64,000 nt of DNA from an uncultured delta proteobacterium (lineage in GTDB: Bacteria > Desulfobacterota > Zymogenia > Zymogenales > Zymogenaceae): NCBI GenBank assembly GCA_963735595.1, contig CAVTLK010000001.1, forward strand, positions 480,001-544,000, written 5' to 3'. The notes beneath the pieces are model-generated. The model made no database searches and was not told where the DNA came from. It saw only the letters and a program-made list of their open reading frames with translations. Within the stretch, counting starts at the first letter, position 1. Each line of letters starts with the position of its first letter. Of this stretch, positions 22,624 to 33,464 are shown piece after piece. The translations under genes and the position numbers were made by a program.

Positions 22624-22774
22624 CGGCCTCGATACGTTTTATATCGTAAACGGTATGACTTCGTCTTACGCGGAGTCGCTGGGACTAAATTGCGTCTGTT
22701 AGCGGCCCGTTGGCCGGAATGATGAACGCAGGTTTTCTACTTCGGCCAAAATCGAAACTACACAAGGAGGAAGG

Positions 22775-23143
22775 ATGTCAGCTCAACAGGGAAGCGCGGG
22801 AGGCAGGGGTTCCGGCGGACGGCCGTCATCGGGATCGCAGGGTGGTTCTGCGGGAGGCCGCACGCCTTCGGCGACCGGGCCCTCTACCGGCGGCACGTCG
22901 ACCGGCGGTACTCCCGCCCGACAGGGGGCCGGCGGCGGGGAGATGAGATCCGGACTATCCCCGACCTATACGGAGAATATGAACGGACAGGGCTCAACGC
23001 AGGGCGACGCGCCGTTCGGCACCGGTGATTCGGGAACGGCCGGCGGGCCCATTGCGTCCAAAAGGGGATGCGGCTGCTGCGGAGGGGCGATGCTGGTGAT
23101 GGCCGGCGCTGTCCTTGGTCTCTCGGCTTTACTTATCCTGTAG
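22775..23143 (+). CDS. Hypothetical Gly/Ser/Thr-rich protein with C-terminal Cys motif and TM helix
   Basis: Strong RBS AAGGAGG; low-complexity body; ends KRGCGCCGGAMLVMAGAVLGLSALLIL. Confidence 0.65.
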   Translation: MSAQQGSAGGRGSGGRPSSGSQGGSAGGRTPSATGPSTGGTSTGGTPARQGAGGGEMRSGLSPTYTENMNGQGSTQGDAPFGTGDSGTAGGPIASKRGCGCCGGAMLVMAGAVLGLSALLIL

Positions 23144-23468
23144 ACTGGCCCTATTAGCCGGCCACCCTCGCCCAGGGTTGCGATAGTATCGGTCCGAGGG
23201 CTATCCGGCGCCGCGGAATTGACCGAAAATAAAATACTATTTTTTTTCCGTTTTCTTGATATACTGAAAAAAGCGATCGGTAATGAGAGCGTTTGGAAGC
23301 ATACCGGTAACCGGTATCAGTGGCCGACAACGCATCGACACATACCCGTTCCTCGCGGCCATGATCGTTTCCGAATTCGTACAACACGCTCCGGACGACA
23401 CGATCTTACACTCCGTATTCAGGGACAGTTTCTATACACATATCGTCCGCATAGACTAACGACAGGAT

Positions 23469-23853
23469 CGAAGCAGACAGGGCGGTCGCCGTCGGGTTTT
23501 ATACCCGCCGGAGGAAAGTCCGAGCTCCACAGGGCAAGGTGCTGGGTAACACCCAGTGGGGGTGACCCCAAGGAAAGTGCCACAGAAAACATACCGCCTG
23601 ATCGCCGCAAAGCGGCCCTCGGGTAAGGGTGAAAAGGCGAGGTAAGAGCTCACCGCGGTTCGGGTGACCGGGCCGGCAGGGTAAACCCCACCTGGAGCAA
23701 GACCAAATAGGGAGGCGATATCCCCACGGGGATGAGAGAGCTGCCCGTTCAAGCCTCCGGGTAGGTCGCATGAGTCCGCGGGTAACCACGGACCGAGATG
23801 AATGATCGTCGCCCCACTCGTGGGGAACAGAACTCGGCTTATTGTCTGCTTCG
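23469..23853 (+). ncRNA. rnpB: RNase P RNA (type A)
   Basis: GAGGAAAGTCCGAGCTCC, GAAAGTGCCACAGAAA, GGTAAACCCCACCTGGAGCAAG, ACAGAACTCGGCTTA; terminal P1 helix CGAAGCAGACA/TGTCTGCTTCG. Confidence 0.97.
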
Positions 23854-23880
23854 GTAATTTATCTTATTAAGGAGGGTAAC

Positions 23881-26800
23881 ATGGCTCGGAGGAGGGCCCG
23901 CCGTTTCTTACTGTACCTGATCATCATCGCGCTCGTCTTCTTTTTTATCAAGGTATCGCTGCTTCCCAGAATACCAACCATCGGCAAGACAACGACGAGC
24001 AAGGTATACGTCGCCCTCGGATTCCATACGAATCTCTATCACTCCTATCGGGGAGACACGCCCGACGAGGCTGGGTTCGGGAAAGATATCGTAACGATCA
24101 GGAAGATCATCGCAACGATGGATGAGCACAATAAGAACGGGAGTAAGGTCAGGGCCGTCTGGGATTTCGATAACCTTTTTACCCTTGAAGAGATACTCCC
24201 GCATTACGCCCCCGATATCATTGAGGACGTCAAGGATCGCGTAGAAAAACAGAAGGACGAGGTAATCCTGATGTCCTATAACAACGGACTGGCGTCGGCC
24301 ATGACCGAGCAGGAGCTTACTGAATCCATCATCAGGGCGATTACCAATTCGAATGGGTCGGGAGTCGCCGATATCTTCGGCACGTTCACCCCGATCGTCC
24401 GTCCTCAAGAGGGGATGACATCCACCGGCTCGTTCGGCGTCTATAAGAACCTCGGTATCGAAGCGGTATCCCTCTACTATAGCGCCATTCCATTCGACAA
24501 CCTGCGGGTATTTCTGTCTCCCCTTTCCGTTGAAGAGGCCCTTAACCCGGTGACGTATAAGAACAAAAAGACCGGCGACGAAATGACAATAATCCCAACG
24601 TATAACGTCGGCGATTTGATTGAAAACGTCTCCCTGACTAAATGGGCGCGGGATATTCACCGTATGCAACTGGAAGGAACCGTCAAGGGAGACGTCCTGC
24701 TGTTTATCAACTTCGACGCCGATGATTCGTATTGGAACGGATATACCCTTCCGGTCTACCTGAAGTGGCTTCCCAACACCGGGGGCCTTTCACGGCTGAT
24801 CGATGAGGCCGACGCCGCCGACTATATCGAGTTTACCACCCTCGGCGAGTATTTGAATACCCACAAGCCGAAGAAGGAGGTCTTCTTCGGACAAGATACC
24901 GCCGACGGAACCTATAACGGATATAACCCCTGGGCGGAAAAGACCTCAAGCCATGATTACTGGACAAGCCTGATGGAAGACCGCCGTAACCACAAGGCCG
25001 TGAGGCTGTCATATCGGGCCGTTGATCTGAAAGAGTACATTGTGAAGGCTGTCTCCCTGTCGGAGGGGGAACCGCCTGCGGAACCGGAGCTTCCCCCCGG
25101 AGAAAAAGACCTGTTAGCCCGTGCGTTCGATCTGAGGATGCGGCTCTTGTCGACTACCCACTTCGGCATGGCTACCCCCCTGCTTTGCGCCGAGCGCGAA
25201 TTTGCCGCCGAACGGATAATTACCGAGATGCTGGACAATTCCCGCGCCGCCCGCGAGTCGGCACGTACCGCGCTCGCCCGGAAACTCTATGAAATCAGGC
25301 CCCCGCGCCGCTCCCCTTGGGGGGATGAAATTCATCGATGCGTTCCTGACCCTCTCGGAAAATAAGGACGGGACTTCCCCCGATTTTGTCTTCATCACGT
25401 TTGATCTTACCGGGCTTTCGATACCGGACGAGGGTTTTTACATCCTCGGGCCGAAAGGGCGGGTCACGATACCGTACGTCATTTCCTCTCATCTCTCCCC
25501 TGACGGCACCGTTGGACCGGTAACGCTCTTCTTCTCGCCGTCCGCCGGTTCCGGCCCCTATTTTCTTTTCCATGGTCCGAAAGGGATCTATCCGGTCGTC
25601 GGTTTCAAGACAACGGCAGCCGCCGGCGTCCTTACCAACGGCGCCGTCAAGATCGAAGTTTCAAAAGAAGGGATCATCAAAGACGTTGTCTATAACAAAC
25701 GCCGCCTTTTAAACGAAAAGAGCCTCCTGCCCAAAATCACCTACCGGGTGAAGGATCGCGAGAAGACCATCGACCTTTCGCCACGGGCACTGAAGGTCGC
25801 AGTTGAAGAGGACGGCACCGAGGGAGTCGCCAGGATTCGAATCTTCGGAGACTTTGAGGTACCCGAGATCAAGGGTTCCCAACCCGGCTTTGTCGACTAC
25901 CGGCTGACCCTCCTCGACGGGGTACCCTATCTCTTTTTCGACGGCGAGATCACGTACCCGAACACGCCCAGAAACGGGATGATGGGCCTCGGCAAGCCGA
26001 TCTCGTTGTTGAGAAAAATTGACCGTGGGTGGTATGAGACGGCCCCCGCCGAGCTTATCTTTACCAATACCGCCGGAAAAAATACGCCCTTTGAGATCAC
26101 CAAGCGTGACTACCTCGGCGTCGAGTCCTCTTACGTACTGGACTATTTCAAACACTCCGACGCAAATCTTAACCTTGCGGACGTCAATAACCATATCACC
26201 GCGGAATATGCCGCCGTTTCGGGAGGTGGCGGCGGGATAGCGGTCGCATTGGACAACACGATGCTCTCCAATTTCGCGTTCCTTCCGGCGAAGCTCACCT
26301 ATGACAACGAGAAAGGAAATTTTTCGATCAGGCTCAATCCGTTCGGCGCCTATTCCGGCCCTCATTACTATCATCCCACGTGGGGTACGGGGCTCGGCTA
26401 TGAGGCCGCCTTCCTGAGCGGTGAGTCGTACGAAAGCTCGGCCCCCTCCTACAACGGCAAGAAGGAACACTTCGCCTTCATGGTATCCTTCTTTGAAGGC
26501 GCGACACTTCCCGATGACACCAGGCACGACCTCATCGCCTACGCCGATCCGCCCATAGTGGTCAGCGGTGGAAGGATGCGGGTGGTTGAATCGCAGCGAA
26601 CGCCTGCCGATCCCACCGCCCCCGAGGGGATTATCGCCGCCTACGAAGACGGTAAGACCTATATTATCTGGAACCAACCCCCCGGCAACCCGCAGAGCTA
26701 CAAGGTTTACCTCGGCACCGAGAGCGGAAAATACGCGAGCGTCTATGAAACAAAAGATACGAAGCTAATCCTGACAGATCTGGCGCCGGACAAGACCTAC

Positions 26801-26965
26801 TACGTCTCGGTCGCGGCCCTTTTTATCACCGGAAAGGAAATGGGCCCTAAGGAAGAAATTTCGTTTATTGGAGGAAAGACGACCTTCGAGAAGAAGGGCC
26901 TCGACCTGCCGATATCATTGCAGCTGAAGATACTCTGGCATGGATTGCTTGCCCTGATCAATTGA
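23881..26965 (+). CDS. Large N-terminally anchored glycoside hydrolase/deacetylase-fold (GH57-like) protein with C-terminal FN3 domain; indel near 25300
   Basis: N-terminal TM helix; FHTNLYH, RPQE, FINFDAD, FTTLGEYL; second half beta-rich, ending in an FN3-like repeat (W..P..YKVY...L.PDKTYYVSVAA). Confidence 0.6.
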
Positions 26966-27000
26966 CGACTTCCCGTCTCTCCGGGAAAGCTACATACATA

Positions 27001-27028
27001 AAGGGGGCGCGGTTTGCCGCGTCCCCTT
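27001..27028. terminator. Hairpin terminator between convergent genes
   Basis: AAGGGGGCGCGG-TTTG-CCGCGTCCCCTT. Confidence 0.6.
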
Positions 27029-27030
27029 CT

Positions 27031-27944
27031 CTATTTCACTGAACCGGCCCATTCGCGTGGACCCGCGAAGGTCCTACCGAAACAGGAGCCGATCGGCGTT
27101 TCTCCCCTTGATCTTTTCCTTGAACTCGGCGGAAATATCACACCCGTCCAGCGCATCGAGCGTCTCCTTGAATCCCCTGAGCGGGTTATCCGAGGCAAAG
27201 AGCACCTTATGTTCCGCGTTGTACTTCGTATACGCGTCCCAGGGGAAATAATTATAGAGATCGGGGTAGGCCGAAATATCAATATAGACGTTGGAATGCC
27301 GACGCCGCCAGGGACCATGCCTCCAGCGGCCAGGGAAATCCGCCGTGGCCCATGACGATAACAAGCTCCGGGTATCTGAGGGCTACCGGCTCAAGGAGCA
27401 TCGGGTGGCCGAGCAGCGCGTTGGACCCGGGCGTAGACATTTGATGCGCAGTGTGCGTCCAGACGATCGCGCCCAGCTCTATCGCCTTCTCCCAGAGCGG
27501 GTTATGTTTCGGGTCAGAGATAAGGAAATGCTGCATCGGGGGCACGAGCTTCATGCCACGGCAGCCCAGGTCGCCGACCGCCCGGGCGAAGTCGTCGACT
27601 GCGCCTTTCTGCCGAGGGACGGATCGATGCCGGCAAAGGGGATGAAGCGATCGGGATACCGGGAGGCGAGTCTTCCGACGTCCTGGTTGGTAACCGCAAC
27701 CACCCCCGAAGCCGTGGTGTAGTCCGCGCCGACGATGACCGCCTTGTCCACTCCCGCTTCGTCCATCTCCCTGATGATATCGTCAGACGCTCCTGTTCGT
27801 GAACAGGTACTGCAGCGCGCCGGTGATGTTCTTGAAACGATCCGTATCGCGCATCGAGCCGTAAAGGCGCTGCGCCGCTTCTTCGATCCCCGGCAGCACC
27901 GTCACTTCCTTGCAGAACGGATGGATGTGCATATCGATGATCAT
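27031..27944 (-). CDS. Amidohydrolase family protein (Amidohydro_2), several indels
   Basis: MIIDMHIHPF, MDEAGVDKAV, HTAH, MGHGGFPW, VYIDISA, KVLFASDNP across frames. Confidence 0.85.
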
Positions 27945-28009
27945 GGGATGTCTCCCCCATTTTGCTGTTTGATACGCTGTTTGATACGCCGTATACCGCA
28001 CGCACGGGG

Positions 28010-28799
28010 CTACCCTGCCCTTCCCGCGGCCGTTGTGAGATAGCGGCCGATAATTACGTCCCGGGCTTCCCGCTCGCCCCGCGGCTCGATCGGATCGAGT
28101 ATCGGCGGCTTGCCGTATTTGACCTCAAGTGCCTTTGCGATCAGGAAGTCGGCCAGCGAGGGATTTTTTGACAGGATCGGTCCGTGCAGGTAGGTTCCGA
28201 TCGTGTTCTTGTAGATAACCCCCTCCGTCTTGTCGGTCCCGTTATTGCCGTAGCCGTACACGACATCCGCGAACGGCACCATCCCCTTGCCCAGCTCCGT
28301 TCTCCCGCCGTGGTTTTCAAACCCGACAATAAGCGCATCGCCGATCCCTTCCATGCGCGGACGGACGATAACATCGCCGATCAATCGTTTTGCCGTCCGT
28401 CCCGGGCTCCTGGTAACCAGATCATAGATTCCCAATCCCTCGATCATCGTCCCGTCGGCCGCAATATAGTACGGAGCCGAGAAACTGGTACGCGCCGCAG
28501 ACGAAAAGGCCGGGAATCCCCCGCTCTATCACCCGCCGGAGGTTGATTTCCTTTCCCCCGATGAGGTCCTTCTTGACTATCTCCTGCTGCCGATCCTGCG
28601 CACCGCCCATAAAGAGGAGGTCGGCCGAATCGATCCCGGCGCCGTCCGTCCCGAGCGATACCCCGGCGACATCAACGTCGATTCCCCGCCATCGGCACCG
28701 TTTCGTCAGGATCATGACGTTGCCCCGGTCGCCGTACGTGCTCATCAGGTCCGGGTAGAGCCAGCCGATTGATAGTCGATATTCGCGTTTTTTCGTCAT
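28010..28799 (-). CDS. gatD: Lipid II amidotransferase glutaminase subunit (CobQ/GATase_3), indel near 28470
   Basis: LYPDLMSTYGDRGN, GGAQD, VCGAYQFLG, GFENHGGRT, YLHGP..SKNP. Confidence 0.88.
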
Positions 28800-30166
28800 G
28801 TAGTCTTAAGTTTGAATTCGTCCCCGGTAAGTATGTTCCTGGCCTCCAGCATCGCGGAATAGGTCGGCAGGATAAACAGGAAATTACCCGGCGCCGTCTC
28901 CTGTACTGCGCGTTCTATCGCCGTGCCAAGGTCGGGGATGACGGTGACGCCCCCGGAACACTCACTCCCCTGGGTTGTGGCGCGATCTTCACCGGCGTAC
29001 TTCAGGCGGATGGCCATGTCGTAGGCGCGGTCTCCGGAAACAATGATTCGATCGGCAGGCCCCATGAGAAGCTCGAAATCGACGTCCCATATCCACGAGA
29101 CGTCTCTGCCGTCCGGGATACGGTCGTTCAAGAGGACGAGCACCCTCCGTTTCGTGCGGGTCGAACTCCTCCAGAACCTCGACGGATTGATTGAAACCGG
29201 TCGGGTTCTTGGAGAGCTGAATGACGATCTTCCGCCCCCGGTAATCGATGATCTCCTGCCTGCCGAAGGCGGCCCCGAAATCGGCGATGTCACGTCTTAT
29301 CTGTTCCAGCCGAGATACCGAAGACGGTATGGAGCATGAGCGCCACGGCGTTTGTGTTATATCGGTTAAACAGGCCCAGGAGCGGGCTCTTTACCGTCTC
29401 GGAGTAGTCCACGATGCCCGAGGGTCGAAAACCGCAACCGGCGCACAGGAAATCACCGATATGGGAATAGGCGATCGGCGTCTATACGTGAGTCGCTCGG
29501 CGCACTCGGGACAGTACAGGGAGTCCGCCTCGTGACCGGACGGCGCGTTTTTTCATGGCCTTTTTCTTAAGACCGAAAAACGATACGGAGAGGTTCGCGA
29601 GAGCGATTTCCCGAGATAGAAGATCTGGGGATCGTTGCCGTTCATGATAAGGGCGGTCTTTTTCGTGAGTGAGGCAAATGCCTCCTGCCACTTGAGGGCT
29701 ATGGTGTTCACCTCGCCGTAACGATCCAGCTGGTCCCGAAAGAGGTTGAGCACCATGATCGCATCGGGTGGAAATTCGGAAAGCAGCAGCGGCAGCACGT
29801 TTTCGTCCACCTCGAATATCGCCAGCATCGGCGGCAATCTTGCCGAACAGGTTCGCGTTGCTGAATCAGACATGAGGCGACGCCGTTCTTAAGATTGGCG
29901 CCCGTCTCGTTGCCGATTACCCGATACCCGTTCTTCGAGAGGATATGCCGGGTGATCTTTGCCGACGTGGTCTTGCCGTTGGTGCCGACGATGACGACGG
30001 TCAGAAGGATGGGGTTCTTCTGGATCATCGTCCTGATGAAGCTTCCGGAAAGCCTCAGGGCGATTTCGCCCGGCCATGTGAATCCGTGTCCGATGCGTCC
30101 GGCACGGATCAGGAAGGCGATGGTCTTGGTGAGGGCGAGGATCGGAACAATCATCGCTTGGTCCAC
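28796..30166 (-). CDS. murT: Lipid II amidotransferase Mur-ligase subunit (DUF1727), several indels
   Basis: GTNGKTT, GANL, FEVDE, NLFRDQLDRYGEV, CPEC...C..C zinc site, LNDRIPDGRDVSWIWDVDFE, LPTYSAML. Confidence 0.88.
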
Positions 30167-30391
30167 TATTTCCCCAATAGTATCACGTGCTCCCCTCTTG
30201 CCATCAATTTTCGGGACGATCTTGGCCGGGAGAAATAAGATGCGTCGATATTGTATATGGCGCGGGTACTATCGACCGGCCGCCGTACCAACATACGGGA
30301 GGACCTATTTCATCGGGACATGAAATAACAACAGGGACTACGTCTCGGTGAGATTCAATTGTACATTTAGGAGGTGAAAAGACGGAGATAA

Positions 30392-30415
30392 GCGGCCCCC
30401 GGGTACGGGGGCCGC
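30392..30415 (-). terminator. Hairpin downstream of hsp20
   Basis: GCGGCCCCCG-GGTA-CGGGGGCCGC. Confidence 0.6.
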
Positions 30416-30420
30416 CTCTA

Positions 30421-30868
30421 TTAGTGAGCCTCGATCTTGATGGCCTTCTTGTTCTTACCGTTGGCCTTCGGCAATAGTACCTTCAGGATGCCCCCCTTAT
30501 AGTCGGCCTTGATTTTTTCCTCGTCCACCTCGCCGGGGAGCTCTACGGTCCGTTTGAAGTAACCGTAGCTCGTTTCCCGGCAGAACGAATTCATCTCCTC
30601 TTCTTCGGATTCGTTACGTTTTTCACCCGAGATGGTCAGATATCCGTTGTCGACGCTCAGATCGATGTCTTTCACGTCCAAACCGGGCAGCTCCGCCTTC
30701 ACGATGATGTCCTTCTTGGTTTCGCTCATGTCTATTCTCGGCATCGGGCGGAAGTCGAGCGAATCGCCCACAAAATCGGTAAAGAAATTGTCGTAAAGGT
30801 TTATCTCACGTTTCAGGTCCTCACAGACCTGTGATTCATAATAGACTTGCCACTGGTATTAGTCTCAT
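30421..30868 (-). CDS. Hsp20/alpha-crystallin small heat shock protein (indel in 5' part)
   Basis: AELPGL, LTISGEK, YGYFKRTVELP, ADYKGGILKVLLPK; RBS AAGGAGG before ATG 30868. Confidence 0.9.
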
Positions 30869-30902
30869 GGTTTCGTCCCTCCTTATCTTCGGTCCTTTAA
30901 AT

Positions 30903-30930
30903 AATGTAATCACGTTTTCGTCGTTGTCAA
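30903..30930 (-). promoter_or_regulatory. Putative promoter of hsp20
   Basis: Minus strand TTGACA-16nt-TACATT. Confidence 0.45.
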
Positions 30931-30991
30931 TATCTTCATTTCTCGGTTGAACTCATATGATGGAATCTGTTAGTATGGTACTGTCAGCAGT

Positions 30992-33391
30992 ATGGAGGAG
31001 ACAGTGAGGATAGTAAAGATAATCATAGCCGCCGTAGCGGTCCTTATCGCACTTGCAGTGGCGGGAACGTGGCTCTACCTCAAGGCAATCGTTCCCACGT
31101 ACGAGGGGGAGCTGTCGCTCCCGGGTATTACGGACGGGGCCGTCGTTATCAGGGACATCTACGGCGTACCCCATATCTATGCGGACACCACGCACGATCT
31201 CTACTTTGCCCTCGGCTACTGCCAGGCGCAGGACCGCCTCTTCCAGATGGATTTCTACCGCAGGGCTGCGCGGGGCAGGCTGTCCGAGGTCTTGGGGAAG
31301 GACCTCCTTGACGCCGACCGATATCTGGTAACGATGGGATTTGCCCGCACCGCGGAAAAGCAGCTTGAGAGCCTTCCTCCCGATCTGAGGGAGATCGTCG
31401 AGGCGTTTTCGGCAGGAATCAACGCTTCTATCGAACACAACCCCCTGCCCGTCGAATTCAGGATTCTCGGGTACCGCCCCGAACCGTGGACCGCCGAGGA
31501 TTCCCAGGCCATCGGGAACCTCATCAGCTTTCAGCTCGCCGGGTGGGCGTATAAGAACGAGATCCTCAACTGGCTCATACTCGACAAGCTCGGACCGGAG
31601 CGGGCCGCCGAATTCCTCCCCTTTCTCCCGAAGGAGACCGTCTTTATAACTGCAGGACTCTCGCCCATGTCCGACGCCCCCCGGATATCCGACGAATCCA
31701 GGAGCTTCCTCTCGTTTTTCATAAACCGGGTCCTCGCCAGCAACAATTGGGTCGTGTCGGGGCGAAAATCGGAGACGGGGGGACCGATCCTCTGCGAGGA
31801 TTCCCATGAGTCGGGGCCGGAGATGCCCACCCAGTGGCACCTCTCGCATCTGGTCGGCCCCGGTATCAACATCGCCGGGGCCATGTTCCCCGGGGCCCCG
31901 ATCTTCGTTTTCGGGCACAACGACCATATCGCCTGGGGGGTCACCAACTTTACCCTCGATACCCAGGACCTCTATATTGAAAGGATCAATCCCGAAAACG
32001 AGAACCAGGTCATGTTTGAAGGGAAATGGGTCGATATGGAGGTGATAACCGAAACGATCCCCGTCAAGGGAGACGACGGCGTTGTGAATGAAACGATTAC
32101 CGTCCGCATGACCCCTCACGGCCCGATTATCAACGATGTCGAATCGGGACTGGGCGATACCCCGGTGAGCCTGTGCGCCCAGGGATTCGGGCCGTGGCCC
32201 CTGTTTGAAGCCTTCTATCTGCTCAACACTGCCACCAACTGGGACGAATTCACCAAGGCCCTTTCGATTTACGCCGCCGGTCCCCAGCACTTCGTCTACG
32301 CCGACACCGGCGGCACGATCGGATACGTCGGCGCGGGTAAATGCCCCATCAGGACAAACAGCACCGGGCTCCTCCCGAAACCGGGATGGGACGGGACGTT
32401 CGAATGGCGGGGATACTATCCCTTCGAATCTATGCCGATGTTGAAAGATCCCGAAAAGGGCTACATCGGGACGGCCAACAATCCCCCGGTACCGGGCAAA
32501 TCACCGGTATTCTTATCTGATTACTGGGAGTCTCCATGGCGGGCCGCCAGGATCGACGAGCTGCTGTCGGCAAAGGACCGTCTGGGATTTTCCGATATGA
32601 AACAGATGCAGCTCGATGTGAAATCGGGGCTGGCGGAGCGGGTCGTGCCGATCTTTGTGGCAACGCTCAAAAGAAACGGGACTGATACGCTCGCCCCCTA
32701 CATCGACTCGCTGGCCGCCTGGGACTACCGGTCGCTGCCCGATTCGGCCGGCGCCGCGATCTTTGAGATAACTTTTAACGAGCTTCTGACCGAGACATTT
32801 GCCGACGAACTGGGAGACGACCTATTCTCGCGTTTCATGGACGATAAATCCGTCGCGGCGAATACCCTCTTCCGTCTGATCACCGACGACCAGTCATCCA
32901 ACTTCTTTGACAATATAGAAACGGAAAAACGCGAGACCTTCGAGGATGCCCTCATGATGGCCTTCGGGGACGCGGTCGTCGTGCTCTCGGACGCCCAGGG
33001 AAGCGACCCCTCGGCGTGGCGCTGGGGCGCGGTCCATACCGTCGAGTTTTCCCATGTCTTCGGACAGGTTACGGCCCTGAGGCCCTTTTTCAACTACGGG
33101 CCGTTCCCCTTCTCCGGTAGTGACCAGTCCCTTAACCGGGGCGGCTACAACAAGAACAAACCCTACGCCGTCGATATCACGGCTTCCATCCGGTATATCA
33201 TTGACCTGGCCGATCTCAACGGGTCGCTGGTCGTTTTATCGACCGGACAATGCCAGAGCCTGACGAGCCCCCACCGGGAAGACATGGCCGATCTCTTCCT
33301 GACGGGGGACTATATCGCCTGGTACTTCGATCGAAAGGCCGTCGAGGATAATGCAGAGGGGACTATACGGTTTAAGCCGGAAGGTAAATAG
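30992..33391 (+). CDS. Penicillin acylase family (Ntn hydrolase) protein, N-terminally membrane anchored
   Basis: RDIYGVPHI, AQDRLFQMD, catalytic Ser in ASNNW, GHNDHIAWGVTN, TANN. Confidence 0.92.
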   Translation: MEETVRIVKIIIAAVAVLIALAVAGTWLYLKAIVPTYEGELSLPGITDGAVVIRDIYGVPHIYADTTHDLYFALGYCQAQDRLFQMDFYRRAARGRLSEVLGKDLLDADRYLVTMGFARTAEKQLESLPPDLREIVEAFSAGINASIEHNPLPVEFRILGYRPEPWTAEDSQAIGNLISFQLAGWAYKNEILNWLILDKLGPERAAEFLPFLPKETVFITAGLSPMSDAPRISDESRSFLSFFINRVLASNNWVVSGRKSETGGPILCEDSHESGPEMPTQWHLSHLVGPGINIAGAMFPGAPIFVFGHNDHIAWGVTNFTLDTQDLYIERINPENENQVMFEGKWVDMEVITETIPVKGDDGVVNETITVRMTPHGPIINDVESGLGDTPVSLCAQGFGPWPLFEAFYLLNTATNWDEFTKALSIYAAGPQHFVYADTGGTIGYVGAGKCPIRTNSTGLLPKPGWDGTFEWRGYYPFESMPMLKDPEKGYIGTANNPPVPGKSPVFLSDYWESPWRAARIDELLSAKDRLGFSDMKQMQLDVKSGLAERVVPIFVATLKRNGTDTLAPYIDSLAAWDYRSLPDSAGAAIFEITFNELLTETFADELGDDLFSRFMDDKSVAANTLFRLITDDQSSNFFDNIETEKRETFEDALMMAFGDAVVVLSDAQGSDPSAWRWGAVHTVEFSHVFGQVTALRPFFNYGPFPFSGSDQSLNRGGYNKNKPYAVDITASIRYIIDLADLNGSLVVLSTGQCQSLTSPHREDMADLFLTGDYIAWYFDRKAVEDNAEGTIRFKPEGK

Positions 33392-33464
33392 AAATGCCTG
33401 TCGGGGCGCCGTCTCCATGACTCCGTAAATCTCGAAACCGTCGCCGCCGGGGGGGGGATGGCGC

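Noticed and set aside
30869..30991. CIRCE element upstream of hsp20
   Set aside because: No TTAGCACTC-N9-GAGTGCTAA match.
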